Positions 49,617 through 60,667 of a stretch of DNA of 64,000 nucleotides are shown here, one piece after another. Source of the DNA: Macrostomum hystrix. Its lineage: Eukaryota; Animalia; Platyhelminthes. Position numbers and translations under genes: made by a program. The DNA lies in assembly GCA_950097015.1 (NCBI GenBank), contig CATNEN010000041.1:1116001-1180000 (forward strand), read 5' to 3'. A model generated the notes under the pieces. It made no database searches. It was given only the letters and a program-made list of their open reading frames with translations, and was not told the DNA's origin. The stretch's first letter is position 1. Each line of letters begins with the position of its first letter.

Positions 49617-52600
49617 CTAGTCGTTTATCCCAGTCATCAGGTCCTTCACCTCATCTGCACTCAGCGTTGCTGACGGTCCCTCCGGCTCCAGTCGGAAGCG
49701 TGGCCGCCTGGCCAGCAGTCCGGCCGGGCGCCCGGCAATCGTCGGCTTATAGCAGGCCTCGGCGACACGCGTCAGCGCAGCCAGCCGGCAGCCGATGATG
49801 TCACCGTTCAGTTCGCTGGCCCGGCAGCCAGAGCTCAGCGGCTGGACGCCGGCCAGTCGGACGAACTCCGGATCGCGCCCGTCGGGGTTCAGCGGCAGCA
49901 GGCTGATGGCCAATGGAGCCGGCAGCCTGCGCAGCGTCAGGGCTAGGACTGCCGCTATCTCTTCGCCGGCCATGTCACAGTTCAGCTCGATGGTGCCACG
50001 GGCTGACATGGCGCGGTAGATGCCGGACTGAGTGCCGATGTGCGCCAGGGCCAGCGCGTGTTTCCGCATGCTCAGCCGGATGACGGCCAGCAGCAGCAGG
50101 CGCAAAGCGGTCGGCGGAATCTGCAGGCCCAGCTGGGTGTTGCAGGCCTCCATCATGAGGCGGTAGGTCTGCTCCGCGTCAGGCCGGCTGGACACAGCGC
50201 CAATAGACAGTGCCGACAAGCAGGTGGCGAAGGCAGCGGAAAGGGAGGAGCGGCGCCACTCAGCTGCGGAGGCACATCAGACTCAATAGAAATCCCTTTA
50301 GTCTCAAAAGAAATCCCTTCAGTATCAATAGAAATCCCATCAGTATTAATAGACAATTCTTTAGTCTCAAAAGTAATCCCTTCAGTCGCAATAGAAATCC
50401 CATCAGTATTAATAGAAATCCCATCAGTATTAATAGAAATCCCTTCAGTATCAATAGAAATCCCATCAGTATTAATAGAAATCCCATCAGTATTAATAGA
50501 AATCCCTTCAGTATCAATAGAAATCCCATCAGTATTAATAGAAATCCCATCAGTATCAATAGAAATCCCATCAGTATTAATAGAAATCCCATCAGTATTA
50601 ATAGAAATCCCATCAGTATTAATAGAAATCCCAATCCCATCAGTATTAATAGAAATCCCATCAGTAGGGGATGGGATTTCTGTCCTAATACTAGCCTAAA
50701 ATACCCTAAAAATCCTTACAAGTCCCAGAATACAGCAAAGGCTTTCGCACCGCTTAAGAACTTGGCCAGATGGGCGGCGCCCTGAAACGCAGCCGCTGCG
50801 CCAGCCGCTAAGAGGCGCTCGGCGCAGGCGCGGGCCAGAAAGAGCAGCAGATCCGCCCGTCTCTGAGCTCCCTGCGGTCTCGGCGGCGGCAACGACAGGC
50901 CAAGCGGGCCCGGAGCGGCAGGTGTAGAGGTAACCATTGCAACGGCGCTGCTCAGGCAGTCGCAGCGGAGGCAGGAGTCCAGAGTCGAGTCGAAGACTTC
51001 AAAATTGTCGCAGCCAAAGTTAGCGACTGCAGCCGGCGCGTCCAGCTGTGGATGGCGCTGCAGAGCGTCCAGGCAGGCCACCGCGTCAGGCCATTTTGCT
51101 GAGTCGGCCAGGCGGATGAGCAGCTTCAGCCCGATGCGGCAAGGAAACTGCCCGCTGGCATGGTGCGGGCCGACTGCGGGGCGGGAGTTGATATTTTCAG
51201 ATCCAACGGCATCTAGGGATCTGGGAAGTGGTTCCTCAACACGAGGATCTGGTAGGGTGGCTGTTCAACCTGAGGATCTGGTAGGGTGACTGCTCAACAC
51301 GAGGATCTGGTAGGGTGGCTGTTCAACCTGAGGATCTGGTAGGGTGACTGCTCAACCTGAGGATCTGGTAGGGTGGCTGTTCAACCTGAAGATCTGGTAG
51401 GGTGACTGCTCAACCTGAGGATCTGGTAGGGTGACTGCTCAACCTGAGGATCTGGTAGGGTGACTGCTCAACCTGAGGATCTGGTAGGGTGACTGCTCAA
51501 CCTGAGGACCTGGTAGGGTGACTGCTCAACCTGAGGATCTGGTAGGGTGACTGCTCAACCTGAGGATCTGGTAGGGTGACTGCTCAACCTGAGGATCTGG
51601 TAGGGCGTCAGCTAAAACCATGAACAAAGCGTGCAGGTAAGTGCTCACAGTAAATAAGGAAGTCGGCGCACAGCTGATCCAGGAGGAGGGCAGGTTGGTC
51701 GTTGGCAGCCAAAGCCTCTAGCAGGGCTTTCTCCAGCACATCAGTATTCTTAGTGCAAATCAGAATACGACAGACCGGCTTGAAGTCGGTGGTGTCCAAC
51801 TTTTTAATCTACAGCAAGTTTATTTAGTTATAGGACGAGGTATTTTAGGATCTATAAGCGCTGAGACTTTCTCAGAATCCAGAAGCTCACCGAATCAAGC
51901 AGCAGCTGCTGGAAGGCCTCCATGACCGCCTGGTCCCGGCAAACCAGATCCCGGTGCGAATCGATGAGTTCCGCATTCTTCGACTCGCCCTGCATGGCGA
52001 TGTGCAGCCAGAGGCGGCAGATCAGGTCCGGGCTAATCACCTGCGCAGAGGGCGGATTCGAGCAATTAATTCGCGAGCTGCAGCTGAAACACAATTCTGA
52101 ATAACGAGAACCAGCCAGACTGACTATTTAAGATCTTACTCGGGTGGGAGATTGGGTTTTAGATGTCCCTCAGGTTAATTGCTGGGTTTCAGATGTCCCT
52201 CAGGTTAATGGCTGGGTTTCAGATGTCCCTCAGGTTAATAGCTGGGTTTCAGATGTCCCTCAGGTTAATGGCTGGGTTTCAGATGTCCCTCAGGTTAATG
52301 GCTGTGTTTCAGATATGCAAACATATTTGACCCAGCAATCTAAAAAACTCATGTTGGCAATATTTAAAGTGCTGCTTTTTTACTTATCTGTGCTGAAGGT
52401 TTCGTGGACTTTTTGAATCGATAGGCCCTAGTGAGACGCATTACTGGCCGGGAATTTCCTACCTTGCCACTCGCCACAGCTTCGGGTGCAATCGAGGCGA
52501 CCAGGCTGGCCGCCTGCTGCGTGAACTGGGCGGCCCGGCCGTCCAGCACTGCCTCAATGCAGCCAATGAAGGTGTCAATCTTCACAGTGCCGTGCTGGGC

Positions 52601-54688
52601 CATGGTCTCCAAGCAGTGCCAAATCTGCGGCCAGCACTCAAGGGGCAGGAAGAAGCTGCGTTTGAAGTGAGCAGAAGCTTTGGAAATTAGAAACACGTTG
52701 GCAGGCAGGATGGCAATATCTGTGACCTGAGCCCAGCCCAGCCAAGCTAAGCAGTGCAATGGCCCCTGCCCAGCCAGGCTAAGCAGTGCAATGACCCCAG
52801 TCCAGCCAGGCTAAGCAGTGCAATGACCCCTGCCCAGCCAGGCTAAGCAGTGCAATGACCCCAGTCCAGCCAGGCTAAGCAGTGCAATGACCCCAGCCCA
52901 GCCAAGCTAAGCAGTGCAATGGCCCCTGCCCAGCCAGGCTAAGCAGTGCAATGACCCCAGTCCAGCCAGGCTAAGCAGTGCAATGACCCCTGCCCAGCCA
53001 GGCTAAGCAGTGCAATGACCCCAGTCCAGCCAGGCTAAGCAGTGCAATGACCCCTGCCCAGCCAGGCTAAGCAGTGCAATGACCCCAGTCCAGCCAGGCT
53101 AAGCAGTGCAATGACCCCTGCCCAGCCAGGCTAAGCAGTGCAATGACCCCAGGCCAGCCAGGCTAAGCAGTGCAATGACCCCAGCCCAGCCAGGCTAAGC
53201 AGTGCAATGACCCCAGCCCAGCCAGGCTAAGCAGTGCAATGACCCCAGCCCAGCCAGGCTAAGCAGTGCAATGACCCCAGCCCAGCCAGGCTAAGCAGTG
53301 CAATGACCCCAGGCCAGCCAGGCTAAGCAGTGCAATGACCCGAGCCCAGCCAAGCTAAGCAGTGCAATGACCCCAGCCCAGCCAGGCTAAGCAGTGCAAT
53401 GACCCCAGCCCAGCCAGGCTAAGCAGTGCAATGACCCCAGCCCAGCCAGGCTAAGCAGTGCAATGGCGCCAGCCCAGCCAAGCTAAGCAGTGCAATGACC
53501 CCAGCCCAGCCAGGCTAAGCAGTGCAATGACCCCAGCCCAGCCAGGCTAAGCAGTGCAATGGCGCCAGCCCAGCCAAGCTAAGCAGTGCAATGACCCCAG
53601 CCCAGCCAGGCTAAGCAGTGCAATGACCCCAGCCCAGCCAGGCTAAGCAGTGCAATGGCGCCAGCCCAGCCAAGCGAAGCAGTGCAATGACCCCAGCCCA
53701 GCCAGGCTCACAGCAATAAGAATTGCCACACCTGAAGAAGGTTTCCATGAGGTCGGTGCTGCTGGGATTGTCCTGCAACACCCTGGAGAACACTTGATAA
53801 GCGTCGCTGGCCAGCTCCTTGAGGCGCTGCGGCCTGCAACCTGAGGCCCAGTCCTGCAGCAAGGCCAGGTGCCTGTGAAATGAAATGAGAGACATCAGGG
53901 TGAGTATGTTAATCGTATGTTAAAAGTAATATGAACTTTATAGTAGCACGCAAGGTTACTGACGTAATCGTGGGCGCCTGCAGCAAGCCGAGCGCACGAA
54001 TGGCCGCCTGCAGGTTGCCAGACTCGGCTGCCTCCTCTGCCAGCTGGGCCAAGTCGGAGTCGCTGATGCTGGTCTCTCTGGCCGAGTGCAACAGCCGAAT
54101 GGCCAGGCCGAAGTCGCCAATATTGGCGGCACGCTTCACCTGCTCGGCTAGCAGCTCGCGAGGGCTCTGCCGCGGCAGGGCCGGCGGTGGCGGTGGCGGA
54201 GGCTGGTGGTAGCTCACAGGCAGGTTCCACGGATCTGGTGGATAGAGCTGTGGATGCTCGTTGAAGCGTTCGCGTCCAAAAGCAGGATTAGAAGTCGAGT
54301 GGTGATGAAAGCCGCGTCTGTTCAAATGATGTCGCTGCGCCTGGGACATCAGCACGACGGGGCGGGGCCTGCTGGCACGAAAGCCTGGCCTGGCAGGCTG
54401 AGTGTCGGGGTAGCTCGACAGGATGGCCCTGCGAAGCTGGTGATCAGTTGAACGCCGACTGCTGTGTGGCACAGGCTGGGGAGCTGACGGCGCCTTGAAT
54501 ATCGGAGCTGGTAGCGACGGAGGTGGGGATGGAGGTGGCGGCAGCTGTGGTGACGCGGGACGCGATGAGGCCGCAGCTGGTTGAGACAGCAGCAGGTCGG
54601 AATCCTCCAGGCAGAGCGACTCAGTGTCCGCAAAGAGCGAGATGGCATCCACCTCTGTGTCCAGGTCCACTTCCTGACTTAAGTTTGC
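49617..54688 (-). CDS. TOPAZ1-like protein (helical-repeat region plus conserved C-terminal domain), at least 7 exons, 5' end unresolved
   Basis: Phase-compatible GT-AG exons: 54688-53964, 53872-53732, 52655-52463, 52040-51891, 51808-51649, 51173-50751, 50263-49617. Spliced RIGLKLLIRLADSAKWPDAVACLDAL, QRRADLLLFLARACAERL and QIPPTALRLLLLAVIRLSMRKHALALAHIGTQSGIY...IELNCDMAGEEIAAVL align in order with recalled human TOPAZ1 segments ([80 protein letters not shown]...LLIPSYLSEIEMLLAI). Gene structure is more secure than the name. Confidence 0.65.
50285..50665. repeat. 21-bp intronic minisatellite (TAGAAATCCCATCAGTATTAA)
   Basis: Fills the intron 50750-50264. Confidence 0.95.
51215..51605. repeat. 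29-bp intronic minisatellite (CCTGAGGATCTGGTAGGGTGACTGCTCAA)
   Basis: About 13 copies in the intron 51648-51174. Confidence 0.96.
52160..52310. repeat. 30-bp intronic minisatellite (GCTGGGTTTCAGATGTCCCTCAGGTTAATG), 5 copies
   Basis: Lies in the intron 52462-52041. Confidence 0.93.
52728..53708. repeat. 32-bp intronic minisatellite (CCAGCCAGGCTAAGCAGTGCAATGACCCCAGC), about 30 copies
   Basis: Fills the intron 53731-52656. Confidence 0.97.
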
Positions 54689-56040
54689 CTGCAATCAAAG
54701 TGGGCAAACTTTAACTGTGTTCAACCTGAACACAATGGCAAGACACATTACACAGACCAGCTAATTTAAGTACAATGTTATATACGTACATAGCTAAAAC
54801 ACTAGTTAACATTGACCGAAAAGGAGCCATGACTTCAAGTTCATCATCAACTGAGGCTAGGGCTAGTCCTAGCTTTTCATGGGCAATCTGAATCTGTAGA
54901 AGAAGATTAACCAACTGAGTCTGAGGCAGAGCCTCCAGAAAAGTTATTGCAGGAGTCTAGCTCTACAGCTGGGTCTTCAAATTCTAGCTCTAAATGAGTT
55001 AGAGTCCCCCAAAAAAAATGTGTTGCTAAGTCTTACTAATTTGAGTAATATGTTAAGAGCAGGAATAAATGTTTTTAGAAATAAAGTGTTTAATAGAATT
55101 TGGCGCTATGTTTGATAATGTACAACTTGGAACATCTACACTAAGAAAATGAGGAGTTATGGAGAAATATATCAGCTACTTTATAAATATGAACAAAAAC
55201 TTAAATCAGAACTGTGTTAATCACTTTGGACTGGCTTAAAGCGAAGAGAAGCCAATAGGCAAGAGATTGGCTTGCTCTACATTGTAGAGCGATGCACAAT
55301 ACTTCAACTGCTGCTTACTTCAATTTCAATTTTAATACTTTTATTTTATTATGATATAATAGAATGCTGAGAGCTAGAAAGACTAGAAAGGGGCAACAGA
55401 GACCTTTACATTCACTTAAAACTTGAATTATAAGCTTGCTAGTGAATTTTTTCTTATGATGAATTATGAGTCTGACTGACAAACAAACTAATAATAGAAA
55501 ATAGCCATAAGTTGAGATATCTTACATTGGCAAGCTAAACTAAATTATTGTGTAACTGGATTGTAGAACTTTATTGTATTAGTTCTATTAAAATTATTTT
55601 ATTAACAATTAATTTATTTTATATTTTTTAAATCTCCTATGCATATGCAGGTCTTGTCTGATGTGTTTGGCATACTCACTTAACTTTTACTATGCTTATT
55701 ACAGTGTAGACTATACACTTACAGCTAGACTATACACTAACTGATTGTCTTTCTCACTTGCATGTTACACTCAAATATACATTTTATCAATTGGGCCAGT
55801 TTAGGCTCTGAGAGTTTTCATCAGACATCAAACCTAGCTGAGTTGCCTTAACTTAACATTATCTGCTGGATCAGGTATCCATGCTTATGCTATTGCCTCT
55901 GATAATGAGGTGGTGTTATTCAGTTGTCAGAATCATGCTAATCTAGCATGTAAATTTTTGTTTTGGTTACAATTTATTGCTAGACAATAGCACTGTAAAA
56001 ACATATTTGAAGCACAGCAAACTTAGTCCTATTGCCTTCT

Positions 56041-57999
56041 GGTACCTGGACACTTTGTCATCTTACAACTTTGTCATCCAGATGATGAAGATGACAGAGG
56101 CAAAGTGAGCTTGCTTTCGACTAGCTGCTGTGCTTGTTGAGGCCAAGTATGAAAATTATCTCTACTAGTAACAGTAATAACAATTAGTAAATAACAATTA
56201 AAAATCAACTTGCCCTTAATTGTTCCATCCTCACAAGGCTGCAGGAGAATCTGGAACTCCACCTTGCTCCAGATTTTCCCAGCAGAGCCAACCTGGTCCA
56301 TATGACCAACCAAACATGGGAGGCTGGGCGCCTAAAGCCACCAGACAACCTCCAGTTTGATCTGGCTCTTGATCATGTGCCCGAGGGAATGGTCATTCAT
56401 GACATTCAAGTGGACAAGACTAGTAAGAGACACTTGTCAAGTACACAAATGAACAGGCTGCACTACTTTCTTCCTGTATAATCTGGTTTATGGAGGGCAC
56501 GTGGATAGTGCGACCTCCATTCAAGCAGCTGTATTCTATTGACTGCTACCTGCGCTAAGGAACACACCTGAAAAATGTGCCACTTGTCTTAGCTATAATG
56601 TCAGGCAAGACTATTCATGACTACAATGCTGTTTTTAATGTGCTGAGAACCCTGGTTGCAGGTCAAGCCATACCATAGGCCTGTGTTCTGGATTTTGAAG
56701 CCGCTGTATGGCAGTCTCTGCGCACTCTTTTTCCCTATACAAAATTGCAGGGCTGCCTCTTTCACTATGGCCAAGCAATCTTCCATCGGGTACAGCAGCA
56801 GGGCCTCCAGTGAGCCTACTTGGCTGATCCTGGCACTCTGGAGTTCTGCTGCATGCTAATGGCACTGCCGTACCTGCCAGCTGAACACATGGCAGAAGGC
56901 CTGGCCCAGACTGTTGCCGGGGTGCAGTCGCTGGAACTGCTTGACCTAGCTGAATAAGTCAGCAGCACTTGGCTGGAAAATCCAGTACATGGCATAAGAG
57001 AAATAAGCGTCTTTGGCCAAGTGATCTAAACTAACAATGAAGTCGAAGGCTGGCACCATCGCCTGCAGCAGAAGGCGGAGCAAAATTAGCTGACACTCTA
57101 CCCACTGATGGAACTGTTACACAATGAGGCTCAGCTGGTGCCAGTATACACTGCCTTGGTGCATCAGCAAGCTGCTGACAAGCGCCATCAGAAAGTGAAG
57201 TACCAGCAGCTTCAGGAGTTAGCAGAGCTTAACTGGGCAAAATATTGAGCCGGCAAGCTCTCTGTGTGCAGCTTTCTGGTCAGCTGCAGTCGCCTAGGCC
57301 ACATTCCCCATTTTGGTGGGGAAGCCGAATAAACATTAAGTTAAAGCCAAGCCAAATTGGGTAAATTTCATGTTAAAAGCATTTGTGTCTTTGTGCCTTT
57401 AATCGTTATGCCAGTCTATAAAAGGTAAATTATAAATGATATATTATATATATTAATTATATATTATTAATTATATATTACTTATTTAATACAATGTGGC
57501 GGTCACGCCACACGCGCATGCGCGCTCCGGCAGCCACCCCAACCCCGGCCAGGAAGGCCGGCGCTATGTGCATAAACGCTGTGCATTGACTGGCTGCCCT
57601 GTGTACACCGCTGGCATATATAACTTAAGACTTTACGTGATGCGCCTTGCCCCTTCTTCTGCCAAATAAAATTTACGTGGCTCAACTCGCCACAACAACA
57701 TATATATATGTAGATACGTACTGGACAACAATCTTTGTGGTTGTAACTCAACCATTGTCTGGTCCCAAGTCCAGAATGAGAAAGGAGGGGACAAGTTTCA
57801 CTTCAGCCTCATTTTTACATATACCTGTACATATACACAGAAGAATCTGTTAATTGAGTCTAGGCCTACAGACTACAATGCTTGTTATTAGTAGATTACG
57901 AAATGACCAAAGCATGCCAATTGCCAAATGATGAAGTGTCCTAGGCCCTACCTTCAAAGTGGATGATGAAGTTGTAAGATGACAAAGTGTCTAGGATCC
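56041..57999 (+). mobile_element. Mutator-like (MULE) DNA transposon, full-length termini, decayed
   Basis: Left TIR GGTACCTGGACACTTTGTCATCTTACAACTTTGTCATCC is inverted relative to right TIR GGATGATGAAGTTGTAAGATGACAAAGTGTCTAGGATCC. A perfect 9-bp TSD TTGCCTTCT lies at 56032-56040 and 58000-58008. Confidence 0.92.
56480..57332 (+). pseudogene. MULE DDE transposase pseudogene
   Basis: Manual translation: WFMEGTW..PPFKQLYSI...VPLVLAIMSGK...LDFEAAVWQSLRTLFP..KLQGCLFHYGQAIFHRVQQQGL...LMALPYLP...TNNEVEGWHHRL, interrupted by 7 in-frame stops. The first catalytic Asp reads Glu. Confidence 0.92.
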
Positions 58000-58230
58000 T
58001 TGCCTTCTACCTTAATGGTTTTTATAGTAGCAGGTGGAGCTTCTATCTATTCTATAACAGCTATTTTAATGTTACTGCCAAGCCAAGATATATTGGTTCT
58101 ATCGGCACTGCCTTGCTAATTGCTAAAAAAGTAGCAATGCTGAATCTGCAGCTGCAACATATTGTTGCCAATGGTCAATACCTTCAAAACTAAGCCATTT
58201 GTTTGGACTCTACTCAAGGGACTGGGCAAC

Positions 58231-58621
58231 ATCCAGATGACGATCTGTCCAATATCCCAGAGGGTGGATTACGAAGAGACTTAGACTTGTGGACACTTTG
58301 TCATCTATAAAACAAAATTCTTCAAAGTTAGAACAGAACCACCCCTCCCCACATGTTGGCACCTATCTTTCAACTCTTATAATGAAATCAGTTTTGACAC
58401 CTCTTTTTGACAATTTAGAGTGTGAAGTGTGTTCACACCTCTACCCCACCACCCACCCTCACTTTATTGATAATGAACTACATTGCTTATTATTAGTAGA
58501 TGACGAACTGACCAAACTTTAAAGCATGCTAATTGGCTGGATGACGAAGTGTCCTACCTTCCAAGTGGATGACGAAGTTGTAAGATGACGAAGTTGTAAG
58601 ATGACGAAGTGTCTGGGATCC
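58231..58621. mobile_element. Non-autonomous copy of the same MULE family, left terminus truncated
   Basis: The right end GGATGACGAAGTTGTAAGATGACGAAGTGTCTGGGATCC matches the MULE TIR. A 9-bp direct repeat CTGGGCAAC lies at 58222-58230 and 58622-58630. Internal GGACACTTTGTCATC at about 58291. Confidence 0.7.
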
Positions 58622-60106
58622 CTGGGCAACAACCAAGAAGAGTACAACTTGCCAGTGTGCTAGGATACAGCACACATCATCATTTTGGCATCCAGAACAT
58701 TTTGATATAAATGAGGTTGAGTTTTTTACATGTTTCATCAAGCTGTGGCCATGGCCACTATATTTGGCTACAGTTACAACTTTTTTACATGTTTTATCAA
58801 GCTGTGGCCATGGCCACTATATTTGGCTGCAGTTACAAGCTTTTGGCTCATGAAAAAGCCACCTAAGATTTCTACAAGTTAAAAGCCAACTGCAAGACCA
58901 GCCATTTCAGATATATATACTTGGGTCTAACAGAGGAAATGAGAAATGTCGCATAAAATGATAGCTACAACTACAACTAATGAAACCTTATTAGCTATGT
59001 ACATTAAGATTACACCATGAAATAATGAGTTAAAAACGTAAATTGCTTTGTAGTTAGAACGATCCACACGTCTTTTGTGCAGCGGTTAATAACTGTTGAA
59101 ATTTATTATAAGCTAGGCTTAATATGTCTAAATGAATGTCAGCTCGCAGAAACCGTGGTAGCAGCAGACCTTTAAAAACATGCTACGCTGTTTTTTAAAC
59201 TTTCATTTCTCAGAAAAAAACTATTATTACAAATTTAATTGACATGCATAGCACATATTGATTACCCTCTTAGTTAGTAGTAATAATGCAAGGAAATAAT
59301 AAAAACAAAATAATTTACTTACTTAAAACAATGTAACCTCGTCACAGCTCGTCTGTTTTTATGAGTTTCTACGAAAAGATATTAAATCTATTGAGTCTCT
59401 CGTCGTTAATACACGTTATTCTAGAATCTATATAGTTTTCCTGAGTATTGAAGTCAATCAATTTGGCTTGAATCACAACCATTTTTCAGCTGCATTTATA
59501 TAATTTTTAGTTTAGGAAAGTACACAGCATATCGGATTAACTTTAGCTTTTCTAGAATCCAGCAAGCTAGCTAGGTGCCAGTTATTGACCACTACTTATA
59601 ATAAAGTTTTTTCTGTCAACTTTTCGGACTAAAAAGTGGCAGTAGCTATAAAAAAAGTCAACTTATGTTATCGATAAAGATTTTGATTTGTATTAATCCC
59701 ACCCAGGAAGAGCTTTGATTTAATAACTTAATATCATGATTACTATCCTTCATTAGATAGTTCCTTTGATGAATAATTTGAGTCATTCTCTTATTCAGTT
59801 GCTAAGATTAAGAAATACACGTAGTATTTTCACACCACAGTCTATTGTTAGAGAGAAGTATTTTTTAATGTCAAGATTATTTTCTTGCCCTTCTCTCTTT
59901 GGTAAGTTGGCCTTTTATATTTGTTATATAACTTTTTATTTTACTCTTCAACCTGCTAATTTTTTATGTCATTTTTAAAGAGGTTTTTGCCATTTTATCA
60001 ACTTTCATTTGGTCAACTGGGCTTTTAAGTAGCAATTAAGTATTAATAATTGGTATTTTTGTTACAGTTATTGAATTATTGATTAAAACATTGTCACCCT
60101 TAGCAA

Positions 60107-60667
60107 TGGGTCTATGTAAACACCAAAACAGACAGCAACAAACCATAAAAACTGCAATGGGGGCATAGTGGACTATGGGGGGACCAAAGCAGCAGCTTTT
60201 CATGATTTTGTAATTTATTATTAGGCCTTAAAAGCTGATGATGTCTGTTTGATATTCTGGAATCTCAACAGTGAATAAATAGCAAACAATTTGTTGCATT
60301 ATATTTTACTTAATAAAGTTCGGATTTTTAATTTATTCATTGTTTTAGTAGGCCTAATAAACTACTAAAAAAGAAACAATTAAATTTGATGCTGATATAA
60401 TCATATTACTAGTATCTAATAACTGTCATAGACTTTCAGACTTGTCAGAGACCAAAACTAATTAAGTGTTTTTAATATTAAACAGATTAGAGCCTATGCA
60501 TATTAAAAATAGTATCAAGATTTTTTAACATTAGGTAAATTCATTAAAAATTTATAACTGAAAATCAACATAGCTCTTAAAGCTGTATACTAAAATTTAA
60601 ATTAAAAAAACTATAGCCTCAGTCCCACTATCTGTTGTGGTACTGTTTTGGTGTTTCTATAGACCCC
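60107..60667. mobile_element. Putative MITE with 22-35-bp terminal inverted repeats
   Basis: Left GGGTCTATGTAAACACCAAAACAG is inverted relative to right CTGTTTTGGTGTTTCTATAGACCC. Imperfect 8-9-bp flanking repeat CTTAGCAA(T)/CTAAGCAA(C). Confidence 0.65.

Noticed and set aside
57493-57590. Short ORF MWRSRHTRMRAP... resembling the MWRL start of DELE1
   Set aside because: Lies inside the MULE and has no phase-1 GT donor to join the 61835 exon.
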